Source: Candidatus Gastranaerophilaceae bacterium (GTDB lineage: Bacteria > Cyanobacteriota > Vampirovibrionia > Gastranaerophilales > Gastranaerophilaceae). Taken from it: 64,000 bases of DNA. Location of the stretch: the NCBI GenBank assembly GCA_041678605.1, contig JBAYNW010000001.1, positions 13,947 to 77,946 on the forward strand, in the 5' to 3' direction. A program made the translations under genes and the position numbers. Under the pieces are notes generated by a model. The model searched no databases. It worked only from the letters and a program-made list of their open reading frames with translations, and was not told the origin of the DNA. The number at the start of each line of letters is the position of its first letter. Position 1 is the first letter of the stretch. Shown here piece after piece: positions 18,175 through 28,831 of this stretch.

Positions 18175-19074
18175 TTATATTCCGGCCTTTTCTAATTTAC
18201 GACAGAGAGGAAATCCTAGTTTTTCCCTCTGCTCCACGTATAATCTAGCTACGGCAGCTGCCATAGTCCTAATTCTGTTTATAAAATTTATTCTTTCATC
18301 CTTGCTTATAACCCCTCTTGCGTCGAGCAAATTGAAGGTGTGCGAGCATTTCAAAACGTAATCATAAGCAGGCAAGACCAACTTCTCGTTAATACAATTG
18401 TCAACTTCTTTCTGATATAAGTCAAACATCTTGAATAATGAATCGGCAGATGAAACCTCAAAATTGTATTTGGACTGTTCAATTTCATTTTGCAAATAAA
18501 TTTCGCCGTATTTTAATTCTTTATTCCATAAAACGTCGTAGACCGAGTTTACATTTTGCAAATACATCGCAATTCTTTCCAGCCCATAGGTCAATTCCAG
18601 TGCCACAGGACGAATTTCAAGCCCGCCTACCTGCTGAAAGTAAGTAAATTGAGTAATTTCCATCCCGTCAAGCCAAACTTCCCAGCCAACACCTGCCGCA
18701 CCCAGAGTCGGAGATTCCCAGTTATCTTCAACAAATCTTACGTCATGTTTGGACAGATTAATCCCCATAGCTTCCAAGCTTTTCAAATAAAGCTCCTGAG
18801 CGTTATCGGGAGATGGTTTTAAGATAACCTGATATTGAAAATAATGCCCCAATCTGTTTGGATTTTCTCCATATCTTGCGTCAGTCGGGCGTCTGCAAGG
18901 TTCAACCATTGCAGTATTCCACGGCTCAGGACCCAGAGAACGCAAAAAAGTTGCGGGATTCATTGTAGAAGCACCTTTTTCGATATCATAAGGCTGCTGG
19001 ATTATACAACCGTAATCCGACCAGAATTTGGACAAATTTAATATTAATTCCTGAAAAGTAAGTGCTTGAGTCAT
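18175..19074 (-). CDS. glyQ: glycine--tRNA ligase alpha subunit
   Basis: [32 protein letters not shown] and YFQYQVI.KP motifs. Confidence 0.95.
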   Translation of the reverse strand: MTQALTFQELILNLSKFWSDYGCIIQQPYDIEKGASTMNPATFLRSLGPEPWNTAMVEPCRRPTDARYGENPNRLGHYFQYQVILKPSPDNAQELYLKSLEAMGINLSKHDVRFVEDNWESPTLGAAGVGWEVWLDGMEITQFTYFQQVGGLEIRPVALELTYGLERIAMYLQNVNSVYDVLWNKELKYGEIYLQNEIEQSKYNFEVSSADSLFKMFDLYQKEVDNCINEKLVLPAYDYVLKCSHTFNLLDARGVISKDERINFINRIRTMAAAVARLYVEQREKLGFPLCRKLEKAGI

Positions 19075-19232
19075 TTTTTATCCCAACTAACGTAGATTGT
19101 ACACCCTTTTTTTAAGTCGCTGTACTATTATAATAGTAACAATTAAAAAAAGCAATAAAATAGACTAAAAATATTAACTTATTTGACATTGTTTTGGTAT
19201 AATTGATATTATTTAGTAATCGGGAGCTAAAA

Positions 19233-19748
19233 ATGGCAGAAAAAATAATTATATTTTCAGGCAAGCAATATTCAGGCAAAGATACGGTTGCGAGGTTTTT
19301 ACTTAAACAAATGCCCGATTACAAGCGTTTTGCTATGGGCGATGTGATAAAGCTTGAATATGGGAAGCAAAAAGGTCTGACATACGAGGAAATCGAGAAA
19401 AATAAACCTGTTTATCGTCAGGATTTAATAGATTTGGGCAATTGGGGCAGAAGTGTCGACCCTGATTACTGGCTCAAAAAAATTATTTCCCAACCCGGAA
19501 AAATTATTGTAACGGATGTTCGTGTTTGGCATGAATACGAGATTTTCAAAGCTGCCGGAGCAATTGCGATAAGGGTTGAAGCTTCCCGTGAAGTTAGGGC
19601 AAAAAGAGGTGAGCTTATTGGGGAAAACGATGTAACCGAGATAGGCTTGGATAAAATAAAAGATTGGGATTATGTGATTGAAAATAATTCTGATTATGAG
19701 AGTTTGAAGAAAAAGTCACTGGAATTGGCTGAAGGGTTGAAGGGTTGA
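19233..19748 (+). CDS. P-loop kinase of the phosphomevalonate-kinase (animal type) / phage dNMP-kinase fold
   Basis: FSGKQYSGKDT P-loop, VTDVRVWHE, RVEASREVRAKRG and DWDYVIENNS. Collinear from memory with human PMVK (FSGKRKSGKDF ... VSDTRR ... DWVIEN). RBS GGGAG. Confidence 0.55.
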   Translation: MAEKIIIFSGKQYSGKDTVARFLLKQMPDYKRFAMGDVIKLEYGKQKGLTYEEIEKNKPVYRQDLIDLGNWGRSVDPDYWLKKIISQPGKIIVTDVRVWHEYEIFKAAGAIAIRVEASREVRAKRGELIGENDVTEIGLDKIKDWDYVIENNSDYESLKKKSLELAEGLKG

Positions 19749-19896
19749 AAGGTCGAAAGGCTTTTTACGAAGTGATTAAGTGACTGGGTGATTAAGTGAC
19801 TAAGTGCAACAAAAAAAATTAAAACTTTTCTTTTCCCGTTTCTCTTCTCACGTCTCACCTCTCACGTTTCCCCCTTTCCTTTTCCCGTTTCTTTCA
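19721..19896. repeat. composite heptanucleotide repeat array, reverse orientation
   Basis: GGTTGAA units, GGCTTTTTACGAAGTGATTAAGTGACTGGGTGATTAAGTGACTAAGTGCAAC, AAAAAAAATTAAAAC, CCCGTTTC and CTCACGT units. Confidence 0.9.
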
Positions 19897-19940
19897 CTTG
19901 CCCTATTCACTTATTAACTCTTTTATAGTACTATTTTTCT

Positions 19941-21320
19941 ATGGAAATAGCAGAAATTAAGAAAATATGGGAAGATGTTAAAGAGGAACTGGTTTCGACC
20001 ATTGTGCCTTCGTCTTACGAGCCATGGATTTTGCCTTTGGAGCCAATCGGGTTTGAAAATGGTGAGTTTTCAGTGCTTACCGGACAGTCTTTTGCTATTC
20101 AGGTCATAAGAAAAAACCATTATCAGCAAATTATTGATGCGTTTAAAAATGTTTTGGGGCATGAAGTCGAGTTCAAGATGATTTTTGACGAAGAATTGTC
20201 CGCAAAACTTAAAAAACAGATTGAAAAAGCTAAAAAAGTGGCCGAAAAATCCACAAAAGAAACAGCAATTGACAATCTTGCACAAATGCAGTCGTTTTCC
20301 AACTTAAATTTGAAATACAAGTTCGAAAATTTTGTTGTCGGCGAAAATAGCCGCTTTGCACAGGCTGCGGCAATGGCTGTCGCAAAAAATCCTTCAAAAA
20401 AATATAATCCCCTTTTTATTTACGGAGCTTCGGGACTTGGCAAAACTCACCTTATGCAGGCAATCGGGCATTATATCGTCTTTAATCACCCGAAATTAAA
20501 AGTCAGATACATTAAAACGGAAGATTTTACCAATGAATTGATTAATAACATCCGTCGAGGCGGCGATATAAATGAAAGAATGTCTAAATTCCGCCAAAAA
20601 TACCGGAATGTTGATGTTTTACTGCTTGACGATATTCAGTTTATTGAGTCCAAAGAACGCACGATGGAAGAGGTTTTTCATACTTTTGACAGCCTGCATA
20701 ACAATTCAAAACAGATTGTCATAACTTCAGACCGTCCGCCCAAAGATATTCCGACCCTGCCCGAAAGACTCAGAACCCGCTTCGAATGGGGCTTGATGGT
20801 TGATATTACACCTCCTGATTTCGAAACACGTGTGGCGATTTTGGCAAATTTGGCCGATGAAATCGGGATGAAAATATCTTCTGCGGTTTTGGATTTTGTC
20901 GCACAGAATTACTGCAAAAACGTCAGGGAGCTTGAAGGAGCGTTCAATAAAATAAGTGCTTATGCTAGTATCCAGAACGCCGAACTTGATTTGGATTCGG
21001 TTAAAAAGATTTTAAAATGCGATTGTAAGATAAGAAATATTGATATTGAGCATATCTCAAAAATTGTTTGTGAACATTTTGACGTGTCAGAAGTGGATTT
21101 GAAAAGTACCGCCAGAAACCAGAAAATTTCACACGCCAGACAAATAGCAGTGTATTTGACAAGGGAATTAACCCAGCTTAGTTTTGTGAACATAGCAAAT
21201 TTTTTCAACAAAAAACACCCGACGATTTTGTTTTCCTACGAAAAAATTAAGGAAGAAATCAAGACAGATAATAATCTAAACCGGATTATTTGTGATTTAA
21301 AAAAAGAAATCAAGGGATAA
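19941..21320 (+). CDS. dnaA: chromosomal replication initiator protein DnaA
   Basis: GASGLGKTHLMQAIGH, LLLDDIQF, SDRPPKDI and a C-terminal DNA-binding domain (ARQIAVYL). Confidence 0.95.
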   Translation: MEIAEIKKIWEDVKEELVSTIVPSSYEPWILPLEPIGFENGEFSVLTGQSFAIQVIRKNHYQQIIDAFKNVLGHEVEFKMIFDEELSAKLKKQIEKAKKVAEKSTKETAIDNLAQMQSFSNLNLKYKFENFVVGENSRFAQAAAMAVAKNPSKKYNPLFIYGASGLGKTHLMQAIGHYIVFNHPKLKVRYIKTEDFTNELINNIRRGGDINERMSKFRQKYRNVDVLLLDDIQFIESKERTMEEVFHTFDSLHNNSKQIVITSDRPPKDIPTLPERLRTRFEWGLMVDITPPDFETRVAILANLADEIGMKISSAVLDFVAQNYCKNVRELEGAFNKISAYASIQNAELDLDSVKKILKCDCKIRNIDIEHISKIVCEHFDVSEVDLKSTARNQKISHARQIAVYLTRELTQLSFVNIANFFNKKHPTILFSYEKIKEEIKTDNNLNRIICDLKKEIKG

Positions 21321-21397
21321 AAAAAAATTGCAAAAGACAAAAATTTACCATATCAAACTTTAATTAAAGAAATTATTCACAAAAATTTAGCCTAAAA

Positions 21398-22366
21398 TTA
21401 AACTTTAAACAAACACGAAAAGGCTCTTTTAAAGTCTATCCTGAAATAAGACAGCCGTATCTGCCAGATAAGGCGGTTTAAGTTTCGCCGGCCAAGGTTT
21501 TCGCTGAAAGCCTTGCGGTTTTTTAAGATAAAATTCAGGGTATCTTTTCTTATTTTTTTGTTGTTTTCAACATTAATTTTTGTTATTTCGTCGTTATTAT
21601 AGCGTTTGCAGCCGCAAACAACCTTTGAGCAGCCTGCGTTTTCTCCGTGTCTTCGATATCCGACCAATGGAGCATAAACAATTGCAGAGCCGCCAATCAG
21701 GTGTGCAAAATTCAGCAAAAATTTGTCCGGACAAATTTTCCAATTTTCAGGCGTATCATATCTCAAGAATAAATCCAATGCCGATTTCCTGAACATGTTT
21801 GCACTCATCGCCGACCAGTGCCATCCGCCGAAAGGAGCTTCCTTTAGCGTTAAAACCTTAAAGTCAACATTGTCAATATCAATTTTTAGCAAATCATCGA
21901 GCGATTTTAGTTCAAAATTCTTTTCCTTCTGGAAAGACGAAACAGAATAGGTTGTGTGGATTTCGTCGTTTTCGCCGATTTCAATCAATTGCCCCGAAAC
22001 AAAAGCCACACTTGAAGATAAATGCACCCTGATTAGAGTTTTGGCATAATCTTTCACCAAAATATCATCTGAATCGATAAAGCTTACAAATTGCCCGTTT
22101 GCGTGCAAAAGACCCGTTTGCATTGAAGCCATTTGGCCCTTGTTTTCCGTATTTTCAATTAGTTTAAGCGGTAAATGTTTATTGTGTTCGGCGAATTTCT
22201 TAATTTTTTCAACCGAATTATCATTCGATTTATCGTCAACAACAATTATTTCAATGTTTTCGTAGGACTGATTTTTAATACTTTCCAGCGTTTTAATTAC
22301 GTAATTTTCGTAATTAAATGACGTTACAATAAAACTTATTAGTGGTAATTTTAATAATTCTGTCAC
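21398..22366 (-). CDS. family 2 glycosyltransferase
   Basis: ISFIVTSFNYENY, IIVVDDKSNDNS and IDSDD motifs. Confidence 0.8.
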   Translation of the reverse strand: MTELLKLPLISFIVTSFNYENYVIKTLESIKNQSYENIEIIVVDDKSNDNSVEKIKKFAEHNKHLPLKLIENTENKGQMASMQTGLLHANGQFVSFIDSDDILVKDYAKTLIRVHLSSSVAFVSGQLIEIGENDEIHTTYSVSSFQKEKNFELKSLDDLLKIDIDNVDFKVLTLKEAPFGGWHWSAMSANMFRKSALDLFLRYDTPENWKICPDKFLLNFAHLIGGSAIVYAPLVGYRRHGENAGCSKVVCGCKRYNNDEITKINVENNKKIRKDTLNFILKNRKAFSENLGRRNLNRLIWQIRLSYFRIDFKRAFSCLFKV

Positions 22367-22404
22367 TTTTTGCCTTATGTTGTTGGGCCGGAAAATCCGA
22401 CTTA

Positions 22405-23442
22405 CTATTTACTATTAACTCGCTTATTATGAATTAAAGATGAAATTAACGCCAGCACGATAAAGGCTAATCCGATTAGACCCGTTAGAACCTCAGGAAC
22501 CTCCCTGAAGCTTGAGATTAGCATTATTACTGCCAATGCCCCGATTGCCCAGTGGGCACCATGTTCAAGATAAAGGTATTTGTTCAGAGTTTTCTTTTCG
22601 ACAAGCATAATTGTCAAAGACCTTACAAACATGGCTCCAATCGAAAGTCCGATTGTGATTATTAAAATGTCTTTGCTCAATGCAAAGGCACCCAAAACGC
22701 CGTCGAGTGAGAAAGAAGCATCAATTAATTCAAGATACAAAAATCCGATAAGCCCCGAGCCTCTTACTGTTTGGGCTATTAATTTTGTACTCTCATCCTC
22801 TTTTTTCTCAAGCCAGTGCGTCACTCCGTCGACCAGAAGATAAATTATGACCCCGCTGATACCTGACAAAATAACAAACAGTTTTTGTTCCGGATTAATG
22901 TGGGGCTGAATTACAAACAGTGCCAAAAGAGTTATGATGGTCTCTGCCCCGTTTATATTTCCGAAATATTGAAGTTTTTTTTCTAAATGCTTAATCCAGT
23001 GTGTTTCTTTTTTGTTATTGAAAAAATATGATAAAAACAGCATCATCAAGAATGTGCCGCCGAATGTAACAATCGGGGCGTGGGTTTGGTGAAGGTAATA
23101 TGCGTACTGGTTGGCGTTTGTGAGGGCAACTCTTATAACTTCAATCAGTCCGATTTGTGCAAACACCGAAACGACAAGGACGGGGAATAAAAACCTCATT
23201 CCAAAAACCGCAATAATAATCCCCCAGGTTAAAAATCGGCCCCTCCATTTTTCATTCATTTTTTCAAGTTTCATAGCGTTTATAACGGCGTTGTCAAAAG
23301 ACAAACTTACTTCCAAAACACTTAAGACAAGGACGATAAAGATGCTTACAAGTCCTGCCCCGGAGTGAATGTGTTCACCCCAAATGTAAGCTAATATAAT
23401 TCCAAATATCGTAACAATGTAAGAACCTACGAAATACTGCAT
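22405..23442 (-). CDS. TerC/DUF475-like integral membrane protein
   Basis: Multi-pass TM protein with the LSFDNAVINA motif. The ATG at 23442 has an AGAGG RBS. Confidence 0.55.
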   Translation of the reverse strand: MQYFVGSYIVTIFGIILAYIWGEHIHSGAGLVSIFIVLVLSVLEVSLSFDNAVINAMKLEKMNEKWRGRFLTWGIIIAVFGMRFLFPVLVVSVFAQIGLIEVIRVALTNANQYAYYLHQTHAPIVTFGGTFLMMLFLSYFFNNKKETHWIKHLEKKLQYFGNINGAETIITLLALFVIQPHINPEQKLFVILSGISGVIIYLLVDGVTHWLEKKEDESTKLIAQTVRGSGLIGFLYLELIDASFSLDGVLGAFALSKDILIITIGLSIGAMFVRSLTIMLVEKKTLNKYLYLEHGAHWAIGALAVIMLISSFREVPEVLTGLIGLAFIVLALISSLIHNKRVNSK

Positions 23443-23561
23443 TTTTGCCTCTTTTTGATAATTCATCCTGATTAATTATATCTTAACCGGTGAAATAAAG
23501 CAATTTTTTACATTTTGAAACTAATAAAAATTGTAGTATAATATAAAAAGGGAGAGTTTTA

Positions 23562-24728
23562 ATGTATAAAAAGATGTTTGCCAGAGTACTTATATTTGCT
23601 TATTTTTTAAGCAACTTATCGAACATCGCATATTGTGCATCGGTTGGCGATGTGTTTAAGGGCCATGCCGAAAAAACCGATAAAGCTCCTGAACAGAGCG
23701 AACTTTTTACGGGTAAAATAAATAATTTGGACAGAAAAGACATTTTAACAATGACTGTTTCACAGGTTATTGACGGGAGTTTTTCTCAAGAAGGTGATGA
23801 ATTTTTTGCGGAAGTAACCAGTGACGTTTCCGGAGAAGAAGGAGTTATAATCCCGACAGGGACGATTGCCCACGGGAAAATAAGGCAAACAACAGGCCCT
23901 CAAAGATTGGGACGTGACGGGTGGATAGATTTGGATTTTGACTACCTGATGACTCCTGACGGCAGAGAAATACCTATTGAAGGCCAAATGTCAACAAAGT
24001 TGCATACACTTAACGCTACTACAAAAATAGTCGCAACAGACCTCGGATATACCGCCGTAGGCGGTGTGGTCGGAGGGATTGTAGCACTCAACATGTTTGG
24101 GCTTGAAGCTGCTATAGCTTCTCAAGGATATACTGTAGCCGGAGGTGCCGCAGTTGGCGGGGTATTAGGACTCGGAGCCGCTTTGTACAGAAAAGGGAAA
24201 GATGTTTTGATTGCCCCGGGTGATGAAATAAGGGTAAAAATAAATACTTCCGTTCCCCTGCCGGTGTACAAAGAAACCGCCCTGCTTCAACATGAGATGC
24301 AATATGACGGACTGCAAATTAAAATTAACAACATAACTTACGAAAAAGACCCGTTTGATCAGTTAAACACGATTACTTTATCATTAACGATAACAAACAT
24401 GTCAAAACTTACTTTTTCAAGCTTTGATTTGGCACTCGTAAATGATTATAATTCTGTTTTTCAGCCGTCAATTTTTGGCGATACATCTTTGATGTTTAAG
24501 CAGATTAAACCGGGGGACAGCGTTGCGGGAAAAATTTCTTTTTCGGTTGACAACGTAAAACGCAAATTCTGGCTAACTTTTTATGACAGAAAAAACAGAA
24601 AACCTGTCGCAAAAATTTCCATTGACAATGCATATCGAAAAGTCTCAGACAAAACCAAAAAGCAAAATGAAAGATTATTCAAAAGGAAAGATTATTTAAA
24701 AGAAGCCGACCCGCTTGACGATATTTAG
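23562..24728 (+). CDS. hypothetical secreted/membrane protein with glycine-zipper segment
   Basis: N-terminal signal-like segment, a Gly-rich TM region (GGVVGGIVALN...GGAAVGGVLGLGAALY) and a beta-rich C-terminal domain. RBS GGGAGAG. Confidence 0.5.
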   Translation: MYKKMFARVLIFAYFLSNLSNIAYCASVGDVFKGHAEKTDKAPEQSELFTGKINNLDRKDILTMTVSQVIDGSFSQEGDEFFAEVTSDVSGEEGVIIPTGTIAHGKIRQTTGPQRLGRDGWIDLDFDYLMTPDGREIPIEGQMSTKLHTLNATTKIVATDLGYTAVGGVVGGIVALNMFGLEAAIASQGYTVAGGAAVGGVLGLGAALYRKGKDVLIAPGDEIRVKINTSVPLPVYKETALLQHEMQYDGLQIKINNITYEKDPFDQLNTITLSLTITNMSKLTFSSFDLALVNDYNSVFQPSIFGDTSLMFKQIKPGDSVAGKISFSVDNVKRKFWLTFYDRKNRKPVAKISIDNAYRKVSDKTKKQNERLFKRKDYLKEADPLDDI

Positions 24729-24792
24729 TCTTAATTTTATTTAATAATATATCATCTCAGGCTCTCTTATGATAGAATTATAAGGGGAGAGT

Positions 24793-26505
24793 TTGAATTT
24801 GGACGACAAATTAAGAAGATTTAAAACTTTTGATAAACGCCTGGGGTGCTGGCATGTTGTTTTTGCACTCTTTGCTGTTGCTCTTATCGTTTATTTGTTT
24901 TTAATTCAGGTGGTAGATATAAAAAGTTACCGCCTAAGAGCCAAAAGACAAAGAAGTTCAAGAACTTTTGTTATGCGGGGGGATATTTTTGACAGAAACG
25001 GGATAAAACTCGCGTCTGACAGGATTTATTATGACGCATATGCACATCCGGCAGATTATGACCATTCCCCCGAGGAATTGGCAAAAATATTGGCACCTTA
25101 TTTAAAAATCTCTACGGCGACTTTAGTCGAAAAGCTTTCGAAAACAGACACCGTTATAACATTAAAAAAAGATATTGACAGACCGACCGCACAGGCAATA
25201 AAAAAGCTGGGCTTAAGGGAAATAAGCCTGGGCAAGAAAAATACCAGAATTTATCCTCAGGGTTCAATGGCGTCGCATATTTTGGGATATTATAATTTTG
25301 ATGCGGATATAGCCTCAGGTGTCGAACTCACGGCAAAGGACCAGTTAGAACACGTTGAAAAGAATGTCCCGACAGAAAGAACACCGGATGGAAATATCAT
25401 TTACAGCTTTTCAACGGATCCTGTTGCGACTACTTCGCCTCTTAAGGGAAAAAGCCTTACTTTAACTATTGACACTGCAATTCAGCATATTTGCGAACAA
25501 GAACTTTACAGGATGGTTTTAAAAAGGCAAGCTCTCAGAGGTACGGTAATAGTAATGAATCCAAAGAACGGCGAAATCCTTGCTTATGCTGTTTATCCGT
25601 ATTATGACCCTAACAATTATAAAAATGCTTCGCAAATGCAAATAAAGAATTGGACACTGACGGATGTCTTTCCGCCCGGTTCTACTTTTAAAACAATAAC
25701 CGTCGCCTCTGCAATGGCTCTGGGCAAAATAAACCTTAACACAAAAATTTTGGACACAGGCAAAATAAAAGTAGGCTGGTGGGACATAAAAAATTATGAT
25801 TACTCAAGACGCCCGTATCCCGGATGGATAGGTCTTGAATACTTGTTTGAACATTCAAGCAACGTCGGTTCAATAAAAGTTGCTCAGACGATGTCCTCTC
25901 AGGAGTTTTATTCTATGCTGAAAAAATTTGGTCTGGGGGCAAAAACAGGAATAGATTTGCCGGGCGAATCCGTGGGCTTGCTGCCTAATTGGACGAAATG
26001 GGACAGTTCAACACATGCATCGATGGGATATGGTTATGGTGCGTCTGTAACTCCTATTCAAATGGTTTCTGCGGTTTCTGCCCTCGCAAACAACGGCGTC
26101 AGGGTTACCCCGCATGTTATTAAATACTCGCCGGAAGAAGCAGAAACAAAAATATTCTCAACACAGGTTATGACGCCGGAAACCGCCAGAAATATAACAA
26201 AACTTTTGACAGAAAGTGTTAACAATTCCAAAGCACCGATAAAGTTGGACAATTATAATATTGCCGCAAAGACAGGAACCTCCAAAAAACCTAAGGAAAA
26301 TGCGGCAGGATATTCAAATATGCTGTATACTTCAATAGTGGGTTATCTGCCTGCCTCAAACCCGCAAGTATTAATATATGTTCTGGTTGACTCGGCCTCA
26401 ACCGCAGGAGGTGAAGTTTGGGGAAGTACGGTTGCGGCACCGGTGTTCAAAGAAATTGCGAGTCAAACCGCAAGAATTTTAAATCTAAAACCGGATAAAC
26501 GATAA
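24793..26505 (+). CDS. ftsI: peptidoglycan D,D-transpeptidase (class B PBP, FtsI-like)
   Basis: N-terminal TM anchor; STFK, SSN and KTGT active-site motifs; located upstream of murE. Confidence 0.85.
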   Translation: MNLDDKLRRFKTFDKRLGCWHVVFALFAVALIVYLFLIQVVDIKSYRLRAKRQRSSRTFVMRGDIFDRNGIKLASDRIYYDAYAHPADYDHSPEELAKILAPYLKISTATLVEKLSKTDTVITLKKDIDRPTAQAIKKLGLREISLGKKNTRIYPQGSMASHILGYYNFDADIASGVELTAKDQLEHVEKNVPTERTPDGNIIYSFSTDPVATTSPLKGKSLTLTIDTAIQHICEQELYRMVLKRQALRGTVIVMNPKNGEILAYAVYPYYDPNNYKNASQMQIKNWTLTDVFPPGSTFKTITVASAMALGKINLNTKILDTGKIKVGWWDIKNYDYSRRPYPGWIGLEYLFEHSSNVGSIKVAQTMSSQEFYSMLKKFGLGAKTGIDLPGESVGLLPNWTKWDSSTHASMGYGYGASVTPIQMVSAVSALANNGVRVTPHVIKYSPEEAETKIFSTQVMTPETARNITKLLTESVNNSKAPIKLDNYNIAAKTGTSKKPKENAAGYSNMLYTSIVGYLPASNPQVLIYVLVDSASTAGGEVWGSTVAAPVFKEIASQTARILNLKPDKR

Positions 26506-26550
26506 GCGGAAAGGCACCTGTAAAACAATCAGGTGTAATGGTATAAAAAA

Positions 26551-28023
26551 ATGAGATTAGAAGAATTAATAGAAAAATTAAAATATGAACAACTGATAAA
26601 CTTTGAAGATGTCGAGATTACGGGGATTTCTTACAACTCAAAAACGACAAAATCGGGTGACATTTTTGTCTGCCTTGTCGGAGAACATTCAGACGGCCAC
26701 GAGTATTTTAAAAGTGCTGTGGAAAACGGTGCGAGAGCATTTTTAGTTGAAAAAAAACTGGACTGCCATCTTCCTCAGGTCGTTGTAAAGTCGACACGAC
26801 GCCAGATTGCCGATATAGCCGACAAATTTTACAATTCACCTTCAAAATCTCTTAATTTAATAGGAATTACTGGGACAAACGGAAAAACGACCGTTACGCA
26901 TTTAGTTCAGAAAATTTTAGAATCAAAGGGGAATGGTGAAAAATGTGCCTTAATAGGAACCTTGGGATATAAACTTTCATCAACGGACGGATACAAAGAG
27001 GCCAAGCACACAACGCCTCAGGCACCGGAACTTCAAGCCACGCTTGACCTGATTTGCAAAGCCGGAATTAAAAATGTTGTGATGGAGGTCAGCTCGCACG
27101 CACTTGAGCAAAACAGGGTCGGCGGCTGTGTTTACAACGGGGCGGTTTTGACCAATTTAACTCAGGACCACCTTGATTACCACGTCACTATGGACAACTA
27201 TTTTGAAGCAAAAGCAATTCTTTTTAAAAGCTTAAAAGCCGGTGATTTTGCCGTGATTAATGCAGATGATGAATATGCGAAAAGATTTTTGGACATAATC
27301 CCGCAGGGAGTGAAGGTTATTACTTACGGAATAAAGAATTCCGCAGATATTATGGCAAAAAACGTTGAGTTTTCGCTGAGTGGTGCAGAATTCACTCTCT
27401 TCTCAGACGAATTCGGCTCGACAGAGGTCAAACTGCACATGAATGGGATGTTCAGTGTTTACAACGTGCTTGCGGCACTTGCGGTCGGGCTTACACACGG
27501 TATAAATCTTAATCTATGCGTTAAGGCTTTGGAAAGCACAAGGGGCGTAGCCGGAAGATTTGAAGTTGTGTCCGAAAATCCGCTTGTAATCGTTGATTAT
27601 GCACATACGCCGGACGGGCTTAAAAATGTTTTGACAGCAGCGAGAGAAATTACGCCAAAAGCTTCCAAACTTATTTGTCTTTTCGGGTGCGGGGGCGACA
27701 GAGATACAACAAAACGCCCTCAAATGGGTGCAATAGCTGAAAGGCTCTCGGACAAAATTGTAATAACATCAGACAACCCGAGAAGCGAAGAGCCGCAGCA
27801 AATTATAACGGATGTTTTGGCGGGGCTGAAATCAATCAACACCCGGACTGTTTTTGTCGAGATAGACAGGAGAAAAGCCATCAAGCTTTTAAAAAATATT
27901 TGTGACAAAAACGATGTAGTGGTAATTGCGGGCAAGGGACATGAAGATTATCAGATTTTGAAGGACAGAACAATTCATTTTGACGACAGAGAAGAGGCCA
28001 AAAAAGTTTTTTTGGGGGGCTAA
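26551..28023 (+). CDS. murE: UDP-N-acetylmuramoyl-L-alanyl-D-glutamate--2,6-diaminopimelate ligase
   Basis: GITGTNGKTT, the DNPR motif typical of mDAP-adding MurE, and GKGHE. Confidence 0.9.
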   Translation: MRLEELIEKLKYEQLINFEDVEITGISYNSKTTKSGDIFVCLVGEHSDGHEYFKSAVENGARAFLVEKKLDCHLPQVVVKSTRRQIADIADKFYNSPSKSLNLIGITGTNGKTTVTHLVQKILESKGNGEKCALIGTLGYKLSSTDGYKEAKHTTPQAPELQATLDLICKAGIKNVVMEVSSHALEQNRVGGCVYNGAVLTNLTQDHLDYHVTMDNYFEAKAILFKSLKAGDFAVINADDEYAKRFLDIIPQGVKVITYGIKNSADIMAKNVEFSLSGAEFTLFSDEFGSTEVKLHMNGMFSVYNVLAALAVGLTHGINLNLCVKALESTRGVAGRFEVVSENPLVIVDYAHTPDGLKNVLTAAREITPKASKLICLFGCGGDRDTTKRPQMGAIAERLSDKIVITSDNPRSEEPQQIITDVLAGLKSINTRTVFVEIDRRKAIKLLKNICDKNDVVVIAGKGHEDYQILKDRTIHFDDREEAKKVFLGG

Positions 28024-28028
28024 AAGTC

Positions 28029-28808
28029 CTAAATAATATGTGAAAATGACAGGAAGTATTCGCTGATTACAGTCACAAGCATCGGCAAAATCCATACCAT
28101 AATTGCCGCACCTAACACCGGTTTAAAGAGGAAGCTCAATTGAAAAACGTTTACCTGCGGTGCGGTTTTGGAGATTATGCCGAGGATTATGTCCTGACCG
28201 AGTGTCGCCAGAAGCACCGGTGCGGCAATTTGCAGACCCATGTACAAAACGTTTGAAGTCATTTGAATTAGATATTCCATATTTACAATTTTTGCTAAGG
28301 GGATACTTGTCGCATAAATCGGAAAGATTTCAAAACTTCTCATAAATGCCTGAAAAAGCCAGTAAACGCCTCCGAGTTGAATAAATATCAAAATGGCAAA
28401 AACAGAAAAATATTTTTCCAAAATGGAAATTTGGCTCTGGGTGGTGGGGTCAAGCACCATTGCGGAAGATAACCCCATTTGCATATTTATCATATCCGCT
28501 CCGGCATCTATGGCAGAGAGTATTAATCTCGCCATATAACCAATCATAGCCCCAACAGCTACGTTCAAAACTATTGATAATATAAGTGAATTATTCACAG
28601 GCGGAACCGGAGGATGAAGAACGCCGGTCAAAGTAATTGTAAGAAGAAAAACGAACCCGATTTTCGCAAGCGACGGAATTTCTTTTCTGCTGAAAACAGG
28701 TGCCAGCAGCACAAATCCCAACATTCTTGCAAACACGATAATGCCCGCACCAAGTGCGGCATCAAAAGCCGGAAAAAGTTTTGCAATTTGTGTTATAAAA
28801 ACATCCAT
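28029..28808 (-). CDS. fliR: flagellar biosynthetic protein FliR
   Basis: 259-aa polytopic protein in fliP-fliQ-fliR order, with a FliR-like hydrophobic profile. Confidence 0.75.
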   Translation of the reverse strand: MDVFITQIAKLFPAFDAALGAGIIVFARMLGFVLLAPVFSRKEIPSLAKIGFVFLLTITLTGVLHPPVPPVNNSLILSIVLNVAVGAMIGYMARLILSAIDAGADMINMQMGLSSAMVLDPTTQSQISILEKYFSVFAILIFIQLGGVYWLFQAFMRSFEIFPIYATSIPLAKIVNMEYLIQMTSNVLYMGLQIAAPVLLATLGQDIILGIISKTAPQVNVFQLSFLFKPVLGAAIMVWILPMLVTVISEYFLSFSHII

Positions 28809-28831
28809 TTGTTATGTAAATCCTTTTAATA

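Noticed and set aside
21373-21381. Calling an oriC next to dnaA from a single TTATTCACA box.
   Set aside because: One near-consensus box is not a cluster. No AT-rich unwinding element plus box array could be identified by eye, and GC skew cannot be computed here.
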